Shown here piece by piece: positions 62,122-64,000 of a stretch of DNA of 64,000 nucleotides. The stretch spans positions 5,644,001-5,708,000 of the forward strand of contig JASTWF010000033.1 in NCBI GenBank assembly GCA_030390025.1. Direction: 5' to 3'. This DNA comes from Squalus acanthias (lineage: Eukaryota). The notes below the pieces were generated by a model, which worked only from the letters and a program-made list of their open reading frames with translations, made no database searches and was not told the origin of the DNA. How positions within the stretch are numbered: the stretch's first letter is position 1; each line of letters starts with the position of its first letter. A program made the translations under genes and the position numbers.

Positions 62122-64000
62122 CGAGGAAAACGGGAGATTTTCACCCGTAGGCTACAATGTTGTTTCACACGGTATCCCAGCCCCTCACCACCCAGTCTCT
62201 GTAATCCTGTTGTTTTTAAGGCAAACCGAGCTGATTTGATTGAGATTGAATTTGATGCAAGGTGTGTTTGTAAACTTGGAGCAGCTGCCGTGTGTGGAAA
62301 ATCCTTTACTGTAATCACACATTTAAATAAAATTAAACTGACATGGAACAACTACCGTGACAATTGTTTATTGTGTTTTATTGCTGTTTGTGTTCATGGA
62401 TTTCGGCCGGACGGACTGTGATTCTATGTAATGGACTGTAACTGGGAAAAGATACAACACCAGTCGGCAATACCGCGAGTTCCCCTTTACAGAGACCATC
62501 TCCGGGTAGTTTACTGATTCCTGCAGTCCTACTGATGAAATACAAGTTATTCTGAGTGTAACCTTCTTCATGAGGTGTATATGAGGAGTAATTTACCACT
62601 CGGCTGATGGATACTGCGCGCATTACAATGGTTACCTTTATAAAGCCTGGAATTTGCGGTGGTTAATGACGGCGAACGAACAACATTCGCTGTTATTACC
62701 CCTCTGAAACTGACCGCAACTTCAGGATGTAGCGCATGGGCATCTAAACAGGGAAATCCTGAAGTTGCGGTCAGTCATTCACTGCTCCGACACTGGCTGC
62801 GCTGTGCCCCCGCCCCCACCCCCATAGCCGGCAATCAGTGGAATCAGGGAAATCAGTGAAACTGACCAAACTCGGGCTTTTCCCGGCAATATCGCTGTTA
62901 AATACCCCGTTAAATGGATTCGGTGTAACTGGGGTTTTAACAGCGAATTGACTGCTAAACAAGCGTTATGGCCCTGAATAAATATTTTTAATTTTATGTA
63001 GTGTCAAATTTCTCCATTGTGATAAAATGAAGTTTATTATAAACTTTAAACAAAATTATATTATTTTAAAGTTTGTTGATATTTATTTCAGGTTTATCTT
63101 TTCCCCATGTGAGAGCCCCAATCTTTGATTTTCTCTCTATAACATTTTAAAAAGTCTGAATAAACGCAACTTCTTCGCGTCCTGCTTCCTGTGAGAATTC
63201 TGCATTGTGCTGCACAGACTTTAAATTAATAAATCAGCGTCATTAACAAATATAATTAGTTGATGCTAAAGCCAAAAGTCAGTAGATATAATAAACAGGT
63301 AAGGATGAAATTGTTCCTGGGCGGGACAGTAAAACGGGCGATAGTGAATCGGCAGCCTTTTTGTCGAGCCCAGGATTTTCTTTTCAATTCAACACGGTGC
63401 TCCATACGGGGTCTGAGCAAGGCTCTGTATAACTGAAGCCTTATTTCCTCCTGTTGAGCTCCCTTCAGATGTTATGTTTAATCCCCTCAGGACACATTGG
63501 GATTGGGAAAAAATGATGCCTTGCCAGAGCTGCCCACAAACCAAGGAGCAACAATTGAAAAAACTGAATTAATAATTGAAAAAGTGATAATGATGTGGTG
63601 CAGATTAAATAAAAGAAGTTAAGATTTTTTTATTTAATTATTGCAAAATACATCACATTATCGGGACAATAGTAGAGGCAGTTCAAACACCAGCGACAAC
63701 TAATATACATGGATGAGTGATTTGATTTCAATCTTACACCACGTATGTCTCGTAATCTTCTGCTGTGCCTTTTCTAATTTCAGTTTTACTAGAACACTTG
63801 GACAACTATCATCGTGGCTTCTTTAACATGAGAACCTCCGTAAAGCAAATGCATAGGGTTTATGCAACCTGTCATCATAACTTAACCCTATAAGCCCTTG
63901 TATCATTCTGGTGAATCTGGGCTGTTCCTCCTCCAGGGCCATATATACATTTCCTGAGGGTCGATGCCCAAAATTAAATGCAGTTTCCCAAATGGGGTCT

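Overview
Eukaryotic, repeat-dominated vertebrate DNA. A cartilaginous fish (shark) is my inference from the CR1, Penelope and Harbinger families, the NLR exon style and the GPR139-like receptor. From left to right the window holds: a 22-bp satellite with higher-order structure; a 5'-truncated CR1 LINE; a ~13-kb endogenous retrovirus (ERV-A) interrupted by an intact full-length CR1; a ~1.8-kb tandem repeat carrying foldback elements made of hammerhead-like Penelope ends; an NLR gene relic that keeps its promoter, first exons and LRR exons but has no NACHT exon; Penelope fragments; a two-gene Harbinger transposon; a tandem array of (CR1 relic + tRNA-Lys-TTT) units; a second, truncated retrovirus (ERV-B); a tRNA-Glu-derived pseudogene; a decayed Harbinger; and an apparently intact two-exon GPR139/142-like GPCR. 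ERV-A is the most striking element. It has a tRNA-Ser primer site, no protease or RT, an RNase H followed by TWO diverged integrase domains in tandem, a small membrane ORF, and an env whose layout (early furin site, ~400-aa fusion-subunit ectodomain) resembles viral F proteins rather than typical orthoretroviral TM proteins. ERV-B has unrelated LTRs but shares the primer site, a ~60-nt leader motif and the loss of RT. All coordinates and identities were read by eye and no database searches were run.
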